Origin: a virus
Strand: one strand, 5' to 3'
Length of the DNA stretch: 51,544 nucleotides
IMG/VR virus record: IMGVR_UViG_3300011008_000187
This document shows, one piece after another, positions 1 through 9,752 of the stretch. The notes under the pieces were generated by a model that saw only the letters and a program-made list of their open reading frames with translations, made no database searches and was not told where the DNA came from. A program made the translations under genes and the position numbers. Each line of letters starts with the position of its first letter. Positions within the stretch are counted from its first letter, which is position 1.

Positions 1-2052
1 GAGGGCGTGCTGGGCGGCGTCGGTTCTCTGCTGTTCGGCAAGAGCACCGGCGGCGGCATCGGCTCCCTGCTGGGCATCGGCGGAGCGGCGGCGGGCGGCA
101 CAGGACGCACGGGCGGCCTGTTCAACGGGATCGCAAGTCTGTGGCGCGGCGGACAGAACCTTGCCGCGGACGCGGGCACGGTGCTGGGCATCGGCGCGGA
201 TGCGGCCTCCATGTCCGGCGGCGGCTTCTTCTCCCGCCTTATCACCGGCATCACCGGCGGGATCGCCGGGGCCGCCAATATCAACGGCATCAACAGTCGG
301 AGCGTCAGCGCCAGAAATACAGCGTGGGGCAATATCTCCGCCGCGACGCGGGGCGCAAGCAACTGGGTGAGCGGGATCGCTGCCGCCGGAGGGAACCTGC
401 GGGACACTGTTTTCGGAGCGGCGGCAAACGCACACGCAAGCTCTCTGCTCGGTCAAGGCGGCTTCGGGCAAAACCTGATTGCCAATCTGTTTGCACCGGC
501 GGAGGGACAGCAGAGCCTCGGCGGCGGTATTCGCGGATTGCTGGGCAGCATCATAAGCCCGGCAACAAACGCCATCGGCAGAACGGGCGTCGGCCAATAC
601 CTCGGCAGCGTCGGTTCCGCACTGGGTAACTTCTCCGGCAATGCCTCCGGTCTGTTCGCAACACTGACAGGCACGGGAACGCCAGCACTGGGCACAAGCC
701 TGATGGGAAATCTCGCGTCGGGTATCACCGGCACGCTTTCGAGCGGGGCGGGCCTGCTGGGGAATATATGGGGGCCTATCGCCTCCGGCTTCGGCAGTTT
801 GTTTGCGGGAGCGGCCCCGGTGATCGGCGTAATCTCCGGCATTATCGCCGTTATGAGCATCCTCGGCGACCACATGGAGGACATCCGGGGGATCATCGGC
901 AACGTCTTTGGAGAAAAGGGCCTCAAGGTCTTTGACTTCTTTGCGGAGAAGATCGGCGGGATCAAGGACTTTATCATGGGCCTGTTCGAGCCGGGAGCCA
1001 TGACGGAGCTTTTTGCGCCCCTGCAAGACGCAATCACAAATCTTTTCGGCGAGGACGCAGGAGCGGCTTTCGGCGGGATCGTCACGATACTGGAAAGCAT
1101 CATGGGCATTGTGGGCCAGATCGTGACATTTGCAACAACGGTGGTCAAGCCCATCATCGAGGAAGTGTTCAACTTCATCGTCGGGACGGTGCTGCCCATC
1201 CTGCTGCAAACTTTCGCAAATGTGGCCCCGACAATCGCAAGCATCGTGGACGGGCTGGGGTCGGCTATCATGGCCGCCATGACCTTTATCGGCGAGGCGA
1301 TCCAAACCTTGCTGCCCATTATCGAGGCCATTGTCACGGCAATCATGAATGTGGCGAGCGTGGTAATCCCGATCCTGCTTGACGTGATTAACGCCTTTGT
1401 GGAGCAGTTTACCCCCATCATTGAGGGCATCAAGACCGTGTTCAACGGCCTGATCGACTTTATCACGGGCGTGTTCTCCGGCAACTGGGAACAGGCGTGG
1501 GAGGGCGTCAAGCAGATTTTCTCCGGCGCTTTCGACGCGCTGGCCGGTCTGGTGAAAGCCCCCATTAACGCGGTTATCGCCATCATCAACGGCGTAATCA
1601 ACAACATCAACGGAATGGGTATCACGATCCCGGACTGGGTGCCCATCATCGGCGGTCAGGGCTTCACGGTAAACATTCCGACAATCCCCATGCTGGCGCG
1701 CGGCGGCTTTACCAACGGGCCGAGTATCGCAGGCGAGGCCGGACAGGAGGCAGTTATCAGTTTCCTGCCGGGCGTGCGTGCGGAGAATATCGCCACATGG
1801 ACGCAGGCCGGGCGGATGCTCGGCATGGACAGGCTGCTGGACTTCGGCGGCAACTATCGCGGGCTGGACGAGATCGACACATCGGACGGCTGGCCCGGCG
1901 GAGGCGGGGGCGTATTCTCCCCGACAATCAACATCACCATTCAGGGGAACGCGGACGAGGAAACCATGCAGCGGGCAAGCGACGAACTGGAGGCAAGGCT
2001 TGATGCGTGGTGGGAGCGGAAGCAGCGCCAGCGGGTGCGCACCGCCTATTAA
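1..2052 (+). CDS. Tail tape measure protein, C-terminal part (continues 49991..51544 across the circular junction; about 1168 aa in total)
   Basis: Frame 1 is open from base 1 to the TAA at 2050-2052. The product is Gly/Ala/Ile-rich and repetitive, typical of tape-measure proteins, and lies after the chaperone genes. Confidence 0.85.
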   Translation, partial: EGVLGGVGSLLFGKSTGGGIGSLLGIGGAAAGGTGRTGGLFNGIASLWRGGQNLAADAGTVLGIGADAASMSGGGFFSRLITGITGGIAGAANINGINSRSVSARNTAWGNISAATRGASNWVSGIAAAGGNLRDTVFGAAANAHASSLLGQGGFGQNLIANLFAPAEGQQSLGGGIRGLLGSIISPATNAIGRTGVGQYLGSVGSALGNFSGNASGLFATLTGTGTPALGTSLMGNLASGITGTLSSGAGLLGNIWGPIASGFGSLFAGAAPVIGVISGIIAVMSILGDHMEDIRGIIGNVFGEKGLKVFDFFAEKIGGIKDFIMGLFEPGAMTELFAPLQDAITNLFGEDAGAAFGGIVTILESIMGIVGQIVTFATTVVKPIIEEVFNFIVGTVLPILLQTFANVAPTIASIVDGLGSAIMAAMTFIGEAIQTLLPIIEAIVTAIMNVASVVIPILLDVINAFVEQFTPIIEGIKTVFNGLIDFITGVFSGNWEQAWEGVKQIFSGAFDALAGLVKAPINAVIAIINGVINNINGMGITIPDWVPIIGGQGFTVNIPTIPMLARGGFTNGPSIAGEAGQEAVISFLPGVRAENIATWTQAGRMLGMDRLLDFGGNYRGLDEIDTSDGWPGGGGGVFSPTINITIQGNADEETMQRASDELEARLDAWWERKQRQRVRTAY

Positions 2053-2069
2053 GACCATAGGAGGACGGT

Positions 2070-2285
2070 ATGGCATACATCACCAAGAGCGGCGATACAT
2101 GGGACGTGATCGCCAAAGAAGTGTACGGAAGTGAATACCATGCCGACGTTCTTATGGCGGCAAACCCGCAGCACATTGATACGTTCATCTTCAACGCCGG
2201 GGTGGAGCTTTCCACTCCGGCGCTTGAGGAGGAGCGGGACGGGCTGCTGCCGCCGTGGAAATACGAGGCGAATTACGATGATTGA
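2070..2285 (+). CDS. LysM-like tail protein X (P2 gpX / XkdP-like)
   Basis: 71 aa. YITKSGDTWDVIAKEVYG...ANP is a LysM-type motif. The gene sits between the tape measure and the gpD-like gene. Confidence 0.7.
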   Translation: MAYITKSGDTWDVIAKEVYGSEYHADVLMAANPQHIDTFIFNAGVELSTPALEEERDGLLPPWKYEANYDD

Positions 2286-3684
2286 AACCAGACGCATTGC
2301 GCTGGACGTGCGCTATAACAACGTCGAGTTTGCCGGGCAGGTCGGCGCGGACATCGAGAGCATGACCTACGTTGACAGCGCGGCGGACAACAGCGACAGC
2401 ATAGACATCACCCTGAACGCGCAGGATCGCAAATGGGCGAGCGCGTGGATGCCGGACAAGGGCGCGACGCTTCGGCCCCGGATCATCGGGCAAAGCTGGG
2501 AGCGAACCGGCGACAGGCGGCTGATCGCCTGCGGCCTGTTCGTGCTGGACGACATCGGCTATAACGGCTATCCGTCCACCTTGCAGGTCGGCGGCGTGAG
2601 CAAGCCGAGCGACAACGATTTTTCGGAGTACGAGCGGGAGGTTATCTGGAAAAACACCTCCATCAAACGAATTGGACAAACCATAGCGGAGCGGTACGGG
2701 CTGGGCTTTTCCTACGATGCGGACGATTACGACATCGAGTGTGATGAGCAGGACGGCACCGACAGCAGCTATTACAATACCCTGTGCAAAAACTACGGCC
2801 TGATCCTGAAAGTGTACGCGCGGCGGCTGTGGGTCTATGACAGGGAGAAATACAAGGCAAAGCGGCCCGTGCGGACGTTCTATCCAAGCGACATGAAGCG
2901 CGGGAGCTTTAACTTTTCCACCACGCTTTCCGGCACCTATACCGGCGGCTATTTCACCTATACCGACGCAGACAAGGATATAGACATCGTTTGCAGCGTC
3001 GGCGGCGGGACGCACACTAAGAACGTGAACCGGCGGGCCAGCAGCGTGTATGACGCCAGTGTGCAGCTCTGCGCCGAGATCAACAACGCCAACCACGGAA
3101 ACACGAAAGTCAAGTTTTCCGTAGATGGCGAATGGCGCGTGAGCGCCGGAAACTGCATACGGATTTCCGGCTACGGCTCGAAGATCGACGGCAAATACTT
3201 TGTGGACAAGGTTACGCACAAGATCGCCAAGGGGAGCGGCTACACGGCGGACATCGAGGCAAGCCTTGTGGAAACGCCGTTTTATTACTGGGACGTGGGC
3301 GGCAGCATCGAATACCACGAAAACGAGGACGCGGCCAGCGAGGACTATCAGGACAATTACGAGAGCACCAGCCCGGCGGCAAACGCCTCCAGCGCGGGAG
3401 CGGGAGCGGAGGCCGGGCAGAGCGTGGAGCTGTCCAACGCGCCGTTCTACTATTCCAGCACGGCGGCAAGCCCATCCTGCTACAAGAGCGGCACGTTCTA
3501 TTTCTATGACGGCATACTGATTAACGGGCGATACCGCATCACAAACAGCGAGGCCCGTTGCGGCAAGCTGCCCGTGGGCGAGAACTGCACCGGCTGGGTG
3601 CCCGCCAGCTATTGCACCGGCGGGGGCGGCGAAAGCTCCACCGGCGGCGGAGGCGGCGGCCAGAATGTAAACCTTGCCAGATAG
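2278..3684 (+). CDS. Late control D-like tail/baseplate hub protein (gpD / XkdQ-like)
   Basis: The ATG at 2278 overlaps the gpX stop. Call rests on position and size. The C-terminal Cys-rich, SH3-like extension is unassigned. Confidence 0.65.
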   Translation: MIETRRIALDVRYNNVEFAGQVGADIESMTYVDSAADNSDSIDITLNAQDRKWASAWMPDKGATLRPRIIGQSWERTGDRRLIACGLFVLDDIGYNGYPSTLQVGGVSKPSDNDFSEYEREVIWKNTSIKRIGQTIAERYGLGFSYDADDYDIECDEQDGTDSSYYNTLCKNYGLILKVYARRLWVYDREKYKAKRPVRTFYPSDMKRGSFNFSTTLSGTYTGGYFTYTDADKDIDIVCSVGGGTHTKNVNRRASSVYDASVQLCAEINNANHGNTKVKFSVDGEWRVSAGNCIRISGYGSKIDGKYFVDKVTHKIAKGSGYTADIEASLVETPFYYWDVGGSIEYHENEDAASEDYQDNYESTSPAANASSAGAGAEAGQSVELSNAPFYYSSTAASPSCYKSGTFYFYDGILINGRYRITNSEARCGKLPVGENCTGWVPASYCTGGGGESSTGGGGGGQNVNLAR

Positions 3685-3696
3685 GAGGCGGAGCGG

Positions 3697-4503
3697 GTGC
3701 CATCGACAAACAGAACGGGGCGCGTCAGCTCCATCGACTACGAGGCCGGAACGTATGAGGTGACCTATTACGACCGAGGCCAGAGCGTGACACGGCAGAT
3801 CAACGCCATGAGCAACGGCGAATACAAGATGCCGAACATAGGGCAGATCGTCAGCGTCACGCACCAGAGCAACGGGGCGGCGGCGGCCACCACCACCGGC
3901 ACGGTATGGAACAAGACCAACAAACCGGCGGAGGGCTATAAGGGCCTCTACCGCAAGGAATATGGCAGCTCCAAGGGGCAGGCATACGACCGATACGACG
4001 AGAACACCGGCGTATTCAAGAGGATCGTCAACGGCGAAATCTACGAGGAAGCGGCAGGCCCGGCGACCATATCCGGCGGCGGGCAGGTACAGCTTATGAG
4101 CCGGAAAGGGAGCGCCAGCATACAGGGTAAAACCGGCGTGGGCATCGTGTCAGAGCAGAGTTTCAGCGCGGAGGCCGGTACAATCATCAACTTCACGGCG
4201 GGCGGCGCGTTCAGCGTGTCCGCAGGGGGAGACATCACCCTGACCGTCGGCGGCACCAGCGTGACAGTCGGCGCGGGCGGCACGGTAAAGATCACCGGCG
4301 CAAGCAAGGTGGAGCTGTCCGCCCCGGAAATCGCCCTGAACGGTTCAAGCAAGATCGACCTGACGGCCCCGACGGTCAACATCACAGGATCGGGCACCGT
4401 GAACATCACCGGCGCGGACGGCAACGCGACGATTAAGGGCAAGAGCCTTGTCACGCATACGCACAGGGATAGCATGGGCGGCAGCACATCAGCGCCGACG
4501 TAA
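3697..4503 (+). CDS. Baseplate assembly protein V / central spike
   Basis: N-terminal OB-like region, then a Gly/Thr/Val beta-helix repeat (ITLTVGGTSVTVGAGGTVKITG...) and a THTH tip. Start codon is GTG. Confidence 0.75.
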   Translation: MPSTNRTGRVSSIDYEAGTYEVTYYDRGQSVTRQINAMSNGEYKMPNIGQIVSVTHQSNGAAAATTTGTVWNKTNKPAEGYKGLYRKEYGSSKGQAYDRYDENTGVFKRIVNGEIYEEAAGPATISGGGQVQLMSRKGSASIQGKTGVGIVSEQSFSAEAGTIINFTAGGAFSVSAGGDITLTVGGTSVTVGAGGTVKITGASKVELSAPEIALNGSSKIDLTAPTVNITGSGTVNITGADGNATIKGKSLVTHTHRDSMGGSTSAPT

Positions 4504-4514
4504 GGAGGCAGGCA

Positions 4515-4907
4515 ATGGTAACAGGCAGTTATATGGGCAGGGCGTTCACCGTGAGTTCGTGGCGCATCCTGACACCGAGCGACCTCAAAGGGAAAACGGG
4601 AAGCGACTGGGCGCTGCATGAGACGGTGGGACACAAGGCGCGGAGCCAATACCTTGCGCCGAAGCTCAAAAGCTATGCCCTTGACCTGCTGCTGCGTGCG
4701 CAGGATGGCGTAAGCCCGCGCAGCACACTGACACACTTTCAGCGGATGTCAGAGGCGGGCATGGCGGATTGGTTCGTGATCGGCGGCAGGCCGCTTTCCC
4801 CGTACCCGTTCAAAATCACCTCCGTTTCGGACGAGTGGAGCGCGGTGCTGAATGGCGGCGTGCTGGTGGAGTGCACGGTCAGCTTGACCATCGAGGAATA
4901 CCTGTAA
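4515..4907 (+). CDS. P2 GpU-like tail protein
   Basis: 130 aa. Pattern resembles the Phage_P2_GpU family (..HETVGHK..ALDLLLRA..VSLTIEEY). Confidence 0.5.
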   Translation: MVTGSYMGRAFTVSSWRILTPSDLKGKTGSDWALHETVGHKARSQYLAPKLKSYALDLLLRAQDGVSPRSTLTHFQRMSEAGMADWFVIGGRPLSPYPFKITSVSDEWSAVLNGGVLVECTVSLTIEEYL

Positions 4908-4919
4908 GGAGGCGAAGCC

Positions 4920-5231
4920 ATGTTATCGACTGTGCCGGTCATTGAGATCGAGGCCGGAAGCGCGACGGACAGCCGGACGGAGGAAATATACCGCAATCTG
5001 CAAGTGCTGTACGGCACCGTCGCCGGAGAACAGGCGCTTGACCGCGATTTCGGGATTGATCCCAGCATACAGGATTTCCCGTCGGAGAACGCCGAGGCGC
5101 TGCTGGCGGCGGAGTATGTGAGAAAGACGCAGCGATACGAGCCGAGGGCGCGTGTCAGCTATGTGTCTTTCGACAAGGAAGATAACCCGGTAGGACAAAT
5201 CAAGCCAAAGGTGGTGATCGAAATTGTCTAA
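4920..5231 (+). CDS. Baseplate wedge protein, GPW/gp25-like
   Basis: 103 aa, located immediately upstream of the J-like gene, with gp25-like conserved spacing (..G...DRDFGID..). Confidence 0.7.
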   Translation: MLSTVPVIEIEAGSATDSRTEEIYRNLQVLYGTVAGEQALDRDFGIDPSIQDFPSENAEALLAAEYVRKTQRYEPRARVSYVSFDKEDNPVGQIKPKVVIEIV

Positions 5232-6387
5232 CATCAGCCAACTGGCCAACGTGCCGGAAATCAGCTTCATCGAGAACATGACCTTGCAGGAGACGGAGGA
5301 GCTGGTCAAAGAAACCTATATCCGTGCGTACAAGGAAAAATTCGGCGTGGAGCCGGAGCTTGGCGACGCGGACACAAAGCCCCTGCTGATGAAAGCGTTT
5401 TCCTATCTGACCTATCAGGTCATGCAGTATATCGACGCAAAGGGCAGGGCGGAGCTGCTGAAAACCTCCACGGCGGACGCGCTGGAGGCGCTGGGCGCTC
5501 TGTTCGGATTGGAGCGGCAGGAAAGCACGCGGGCGATTGCCACGGAGCGGTTCAGCCTCGCGGAAGCGCGGGCCGACACCGTGGCCGTTCCCGCAGGCAC
5601 AAGAGTGAAAACCGCGAGCGGGCGCTACTTCAACACGCTGGACTATGCGGAGATCGCGCCGGGAGACACCTATGTGGACGTGACTGTGCAGGCGGAGGAA
5701 CCGGGGACGGAAAGCAGCGGCATCCTTACAGGCGTTATCAATCTGCTGGTCGATCCCATCCCGTATATCGCAAGCGTAGAGAACACGGGGCCGAGCACCG
5801 GCGGGCTTGACGCGGAGGACGACGACAGCCTGACGGAGCGCATCTATCTGGCCCCGTCGAAATTCTCCTGCGCTGGGCCGCGTGACGCCTACGAATACTA
5901 TGTGCGCGAGTGGCGCAGCGACGTGGCCGACGTGAAGATCACAAGCCCGTCAGCCTGTGTTATCGCCATCTACTTTACGATGGACGATCCAGATACCGGC
6001 ATCCCGCGCCTGCCGACGGACACGGAGCGGACGAGCCTTGCGGCTTATTTGAGTGGCGAGACGATCCGCCCGCTGTGCGATCAGGTGGGATGCTATGAGC
6101 CGGAGGAAGTGGATTACTCCATCAACATCACATACAAGATCGCCAGCAGCGACCAAGCCAGCGTCGGCACCATTCAGGAGAAGATCGCGGCGACGGTGGC
6201 AGACTTCAAGAAGTGGCAAAGGACGCTGGGGCGGGACATCAATCCCACGGAGCTGATTTACCGCATCCGGGCGGCGGGGGCAAAGCGCGTGACCGTGACA
6301 GCCCCGACGGACATCACCGTGACGAGCGTGCAGCTTCCGAAATGCACCGGCACGACGGTGACATACGGAGGTCTGGAAGATGATTAA
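5224..6387 (+). CDS. Baseplate J-like protein
   Basis: 387 aa. The TTG start overlaps the previous stop. Baseplate_J-like sequence and position. Confidence 0.8.
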   Translation: MSNISQLANVPEISFIENMTLQETEELVKETYIRAYKEKFGVEPELGDADTKPLLMKAFSYLTYQVMQYIDAKGRAELLKTSTADALEALGALFGLERQESTRAIATERFSLAEARADTVAVPAGTRVKTASGRYFNTLDYAEIAPGDTYVDVTVQAEEPGTESSGILTGVINLLVDPIPYIASVENTGPSTGGLDAEDDDSLTERIYLAPSKFSCAGPRDAYEYYVREWRSDVADVKITSPSACVIAIYFTMDDPDTGIPRLPTDTERTSLAAYLSGETIRPLCDQVGCYEPEEVDYSINITYKIASSDQASVGTIQEKIAATVADFKKWQRTLGRDINPTELIYRIRAAGAKRVTVTAPTDITVTSVQLPKCTGTTVTYGGLEDD

Positions 6388-7204
6388 AAGTCTGCGGGAG
6401 GCACGGATCGTTGACGGCGTGCCCCGCATCGTCGCCGGGCAGGAGTGGGTGCAGGCGCTTTCCGAGGCGCTGGGCGTCCTGCATGAAAAGACGCTGGACT
6501 TTGCGGACGCGAGCCAGATTTACACGGCGCTGGACACAGCGCCGGAGGATGTTCTGGACGCGCTGGCCGTCAACTGGAAAATCGACTGGTACGACACGGG
6601 CTATACCGTGGCGCAGAAACGCAGGATCGTCAAGACCGCCCTGACCGTGCGGCGGCTGATGGGCACCGTGCGGGCCGTCAAGCTGCAAGCGGACGCCATA
6701 TATCCGGGCACCGAAGTGGAGGAATGGTTCGACTACGGCGGCGACGCGGGCTATTTCCGCCTGTTTGTGAACATCACGGACAGTTCGGAAGAAAACCCAA
6801 TGATCGTCATGCCGCCGGAGGAAATCGAGCGGCGGCTTGTAACGGCAAAGCGGTGGAGCGCACACATGGAGAGTTTTTCTTACATGGTGCGTCACGCGCT
6901 GCTGCTGGGCGCAAAAGCGGAGCGGTGGGCCGTGTGTCCGCCCGTCTGCGGGACGATCTACTGCGGGACACATTGGGAGCCGTCCACGCTGGGGTACAGC
7001 GAGGGCGCGACAGTCCTTGCAAACGCGGGGCCGGAGGCGTTCCACGTTTCACCGGAGCTGACGGGCACGCTGCCGCAAAACGCGGTTGCGGCCTACACCG
7101 TATGCGGCGGCATGGTGAGCGGCGGCGCGACGGCGGGCTACGCCGTGGCGGGCACACCGGCGGGAGAGACGCAGGAGTGCGGCACGTTGCCGGAGGAGGC
7201 GTGA
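6380..7204 (+). CDS. Tail protein I-like (P2 gpI / XkdU-like)
   Basis: The N-terminus (..ALAVNWKIDWYD..KRRIV) is typical of the gpI family, and the gene follows J. Confidence 0.7.
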   Translation: MIKSLREARIVDGVPRIVAGQEWVQALSEALGVLHEKTLDFADASQIYTALDTAPEDVLDALAVNWKIDWYDTGYTVAQKRRIVKTALTVRRLMGTVRAVKLQADAIYPGTEVEEWFDYGGDAGYFRLFVNITDSSEENPMIVMPPEEIERRLVTAKRWSAHMESFSYMVRHALLLGAKAERWAVCPPVCGTIYCGTHWEPSTLGYSEGATVLANAGPEAFHVSPELTGTLPQNAVAAYTVCGGMVSGGATAGYAVAGTPAGETQECGTLPEEA

Positions 7205-7205
7205 C

Positions 7206-7376
7206 ATGGAAGTACAAGGACAGTATGGCAAGCGCAATCCGCTGTTCATGTATCAGGGAACGGCGGGGTACAGCGTCGAGGCGACGCTGAAAACGGGAGA
7301 GAGCGGGCAGGAACCCGCGCAGGCCCATATCGTTACATCGTCCCCCAGTGGCACCGCCCGCTGCGGGACTTTGTGA
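7206..7376 (+). CDS. Small hypothetical protein (56 aa; below the ORF-track cutoff)
   Basis: ATG at 7206 to TGA at 7376 fills the gap between I and the next gene. No strong RBS. Confidence 0.3.
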   Translation: MEVQGQYGKRNPLFMYQGTAGYSVEATLKTGESGQEPAQAHIVTSSPSGTARCGTL

Positions 7377-7406
7377 TACATCGGGAGGAAAGGAGGAAAC
7401 CGGCAT

Positions 7407-7718
7407 ATGGCTTTCTGGAAAGATACTTTCCTGAACGCCCGCCGCGCCGAACTGCTGCGGAGCGTAACGCGCTTCCAGTATCAGCGCAACGGCGGGACGT
7501 GGTACGACGGGGAGATCAACAGCAAGGAGGTCATAGGCGACAGCGTGGTGGTGTTCGTGAACGTGCCGAGCTTCGGCGTGGCGGACACGATCACCGGCGT
7601 GCGCGTCTATGACAACAACAACAATCTCGCGGGGCAGCAGAGCATCAGCCTTGTGCGCGACAGTCTGAACACGGGGCTTTTGCGCTTCACGTTCCCGCTG
7701 ATTGAACAGACCACATAA
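7407..7718 (+). CDS. Hypothetical tail-fibre-module protein
   Basis: Good RBS (GGAGGAAAGGAGG) upstream of the ATG. Lies in the fibre cluster. Confidence 0.6.
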   Translation: MAFWKDTFLNARRAELLRSVTRFQYQRNGGTWYDGEINSKEVIGDSVVVFVNVPSFGVADTITGVRVYDNNNNLAGQQSISLVRDSLNTGLLRFTFPLIEQTT

Positions 7719-7736
7719 GGGAGGAGGGAAAGACCT

Positions 7737-8171
7737 ATGTATGCACGCACCTACTGGGTGGATCACGTCACCGATCAGCACGGAGAAGTGATCCAGCAGG
7801 GCACCCTTTTGGATCAGGCCCATTTCAACAACATTGAAAAGGGCCTGTCCGATCAGTCGCTTGCGGCTGCGTTTATGCAGTTCCGCGCCATTCAGGAAAG
7901 CTACGAGCTGACGGACGAGCTGCACACCGTCACGCTGGGAACCACCGGCAGCAAGTGGCCGTTCAACAACAGGGCGGAAACCGTGGCGCTGTCGCAGCTC
8001 CGTGAGAGTGAGAACTACGGCGTGGAGGTCAATGTGCTGTCCTACAGCGGCGGCCTGCTTGGGCACGTCAAAGTCATTGACCGGGCGGCCAACGGCTTCA
8101 AGCTGCTGCACGACGGCAGCGCAACCAGCGTAAAGGTAAACGTCCGCGTGAGCGGCGGCCTTATCAATTAA
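7737..8171 (+). CDS. Tail-fibre-like protein
   Basis: The N-terminus (YWVDHV..GT.LDQAHFNNIEKG) resembles conserved tail-fibre N-termini. RBS is GGGAGGAGGG. Confidence 0.55.
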   Translation: MYARTYWVDHVTDQHGEVIQQGTLLDQAHFNNIEKGLSDQSLAAAFMQFRAIQESYELTDELHTVTLGTTGSKWPFNNRAETVALSQLRESENYGVEVNVLSYSGGLLGHVKVIDRAANGFKLLHDGSATSVKVNVRVSGGLIN

Positions 8172-8189
8172 CGAGGAGGAAAAGACAAC

Positions 8190-8519
8190 ATGAAGATTGT
8201 CGAAAGAAACGCCGGGCAGAAGATCGACTATGAGCTGCGCGGCACCCGCCTGTCCTTTGCGGACGGCGAACTGACGCTTGACCTCGCCCGCTACCAGCAG
8301 GACGATCCCGTGACGCGGGACATCATGGTGGACAGCGAGGGCTACCTGACCAACGGGCGCGGGCGCTACTATGTGGCGCAGGTCGAAATCCCCGCCAAGG
8401 AATACGAGGAAACCGAGCCGGAGAACGAGGGCGACGAAGTGGAGCGCACCGCGCTGCCGCTGGACACCGACAAGGTGACGCTGTATCTGTTCTCCGTCGA
8501 GGGCATCCTGATCCGCTGA
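8190..8519 (+). CDS. Hypothetical protein (fibre module)
   Basis: RBS GAGGAGG. The ORF is tightly packed between neighbouring genes. Confidence 0.55.
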   Translation: MKIVERNAGQKIDYELRGTRLSFADGELTLDLARYQQDDPVTRDIMVDSEGYLTNGRGRYYVAQVEIPAKEYEETEPENEGDEVERTALPLDTDKVTLYLFSVEGILIR

Positions 8520-8536
8520 AAAGGAGGAAAAAAACA

Positions 8537-9625
8537 ATGAGTTTTGAAGCTGCGGAGCTGGCCCTGAAAACCGTTTGCCCCGGCAACGTGTTTTTATATG
8601 ACGACAAGGAAATGCCGTCCACTTTCGTGTACATCCCGAAGTTCCGGCTGTGTGACGTGCTTTCCACGGAGGACACCACCATTCACCCCGCGTTCCGCGT
8701 CGGCGGCGTGGAAATCGACGGGTTCTATTTCGGGAAGTTCCAGACCCATCACTACAACAGCCGGGCCTATTCCCTCCCCGGCGAAGACCCCAGTGCCAAC
8801 GCGACGCTTGACACGTTCGTGGCCTGCGCCCGCGCCAAGGGCGGCAACTTCCACGAGATCACGAATGCGGAGTGGGCCGCCGTCGCGCTCTGGTGCCACA
8901 AGAACGGCACCGAGCCTTACGGCAACAACAACTACGGCAAGGACAGCCGCGAGACGCTTTACAAGGCGATCCCCACCACCAAGAGCAGCGGCCAGACAAA
9001 CCATGTCGCCACCGGCACCGGCCCCATCACTTGGAGCCACGACCGCACGCTGGGCGGCATTTGGGACATGAACGGCAACGTGTCCGAGTGGTGTACCGGC
9101 CTGCGTCTGGTCAAGGGCGAGGTGCAGGTGATCGTTGACAACAACGCCGCCGATCCCACCGCCGACCTGTCCGCCACGTCCGCCGCGTGGATGGCAATTA
9201 ACGCCGCCGCGACCGGCTGGGCCGATCTCTTTATCGAGCCGGACGGCTCCGGCACCACCAGCGGCAGCGTGAAGCTGGATTATGTCAGCAGCAAGTGGAA
9301 GTGGGACACCACCATTTCCTCCAGCTCCGACAGTTCGCGCAACTGCGCGTTCAAGGACATCACCGCCTCTGCCAACATTGGCGACACGGCCAAGCTGCTG
9401 CTGATGGCCCTCGCGCTGCTGCCCGACACCGCCCTGATCGGGGACAACATCGACGCCACCTATGGCGGCGATTACTTCTATGCCAACAATGAGGCAGCGG
9501 AACGGTGCCTCTGTCGCGGCGGCAACTGGCACGGCGGGGCCAACTACGGCGTTTTCTACGCGAACTTGATCATCGCCCGTTCCGACTCCGGCGCGGGCAT
9601 CGGGGGCCGCTCCGCTTCGTATTGA
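8537..9625 (+). CDS. DGR target protein 1 (FGE/C-type-lectin-fold, probable receptor-binding protein) with C-terminal VR
   Basis: The last 39 codons match the TR apart from adenine-site changes. The C-terminus CRGGNWHGGANYGVFYANL..GGRSA is typical of DGR targets. Confidence 0.9.
   Translation: MSFEAAELALKTVCPGNVFLYDDKEMPSTFVYIPKFRLCDVLSTEDTTIHPAFRVGGVEIDGFYFGKFQTHHYNSRAYSLPGEDPSANATLDTFVACARAKGGNFHEITNAEWAAVALWCHKNGTEPYGNNNYGKDSRETLYKAIPTTKSSGQTNHVATGTGPITWSHDRTLGGIWDMNGNVSEWCTGLRLVKGEVQVIVDNNAADPTADLSATSAAWMAINAAATGWADLFIEPDGSGTTSGSVKLDYVSSKWKWDTTISSSSDSSRNCAFKDITASANIGDTAKLLLMALALLPDTALIGDNIDATYGGDYFYANNEAAERCLCRGGNWHGGANYGVFYANLIIARSDSGAGIGGRSASY
9502..9617 (+). repeat. DGR variable repeat VR1
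   Basis: 116 nt aligned without gaps to TR 10174-10289. There are 12 mismatches, and all fall at TR adenines. Confidence 0.9.
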
Positions 9626-9655
9626 TCCACTGTACACTGATCCCTGACGCACTGA

Positions 9656-9677
9656 CTGTCGAGCGATAGCGAGACAG
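9656..9677 (+). promoter_or_regulatory. Post-VR1 hairpin (candidate DGR target-recognition hairpin/cruciform)
   Basis: ctgtc-gagc-gata-gcga-gacag. The same structure follows VR2 with a compensatory base-pair change. Confidence 0.6.
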
Positions 9678-9697
9678 ACGCAACAGGACAATTCCTG

Positions 9698-9723
9698 CCG
9701 CCCGCGCCGACCGGCGCGGGCGG
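9698..9723 (+). other. GC-rich 11-bp-stem hairpin between target 1 and avd
   Basis: ccgcccgcgcc gacc ggcgcgggcgg, a perfect inverted repeat with no T-run. Confidence 0.5.
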
Positions 9724-9752
9724 CGGCTGGGATCGGGAAAGGAGGGAAAGCC

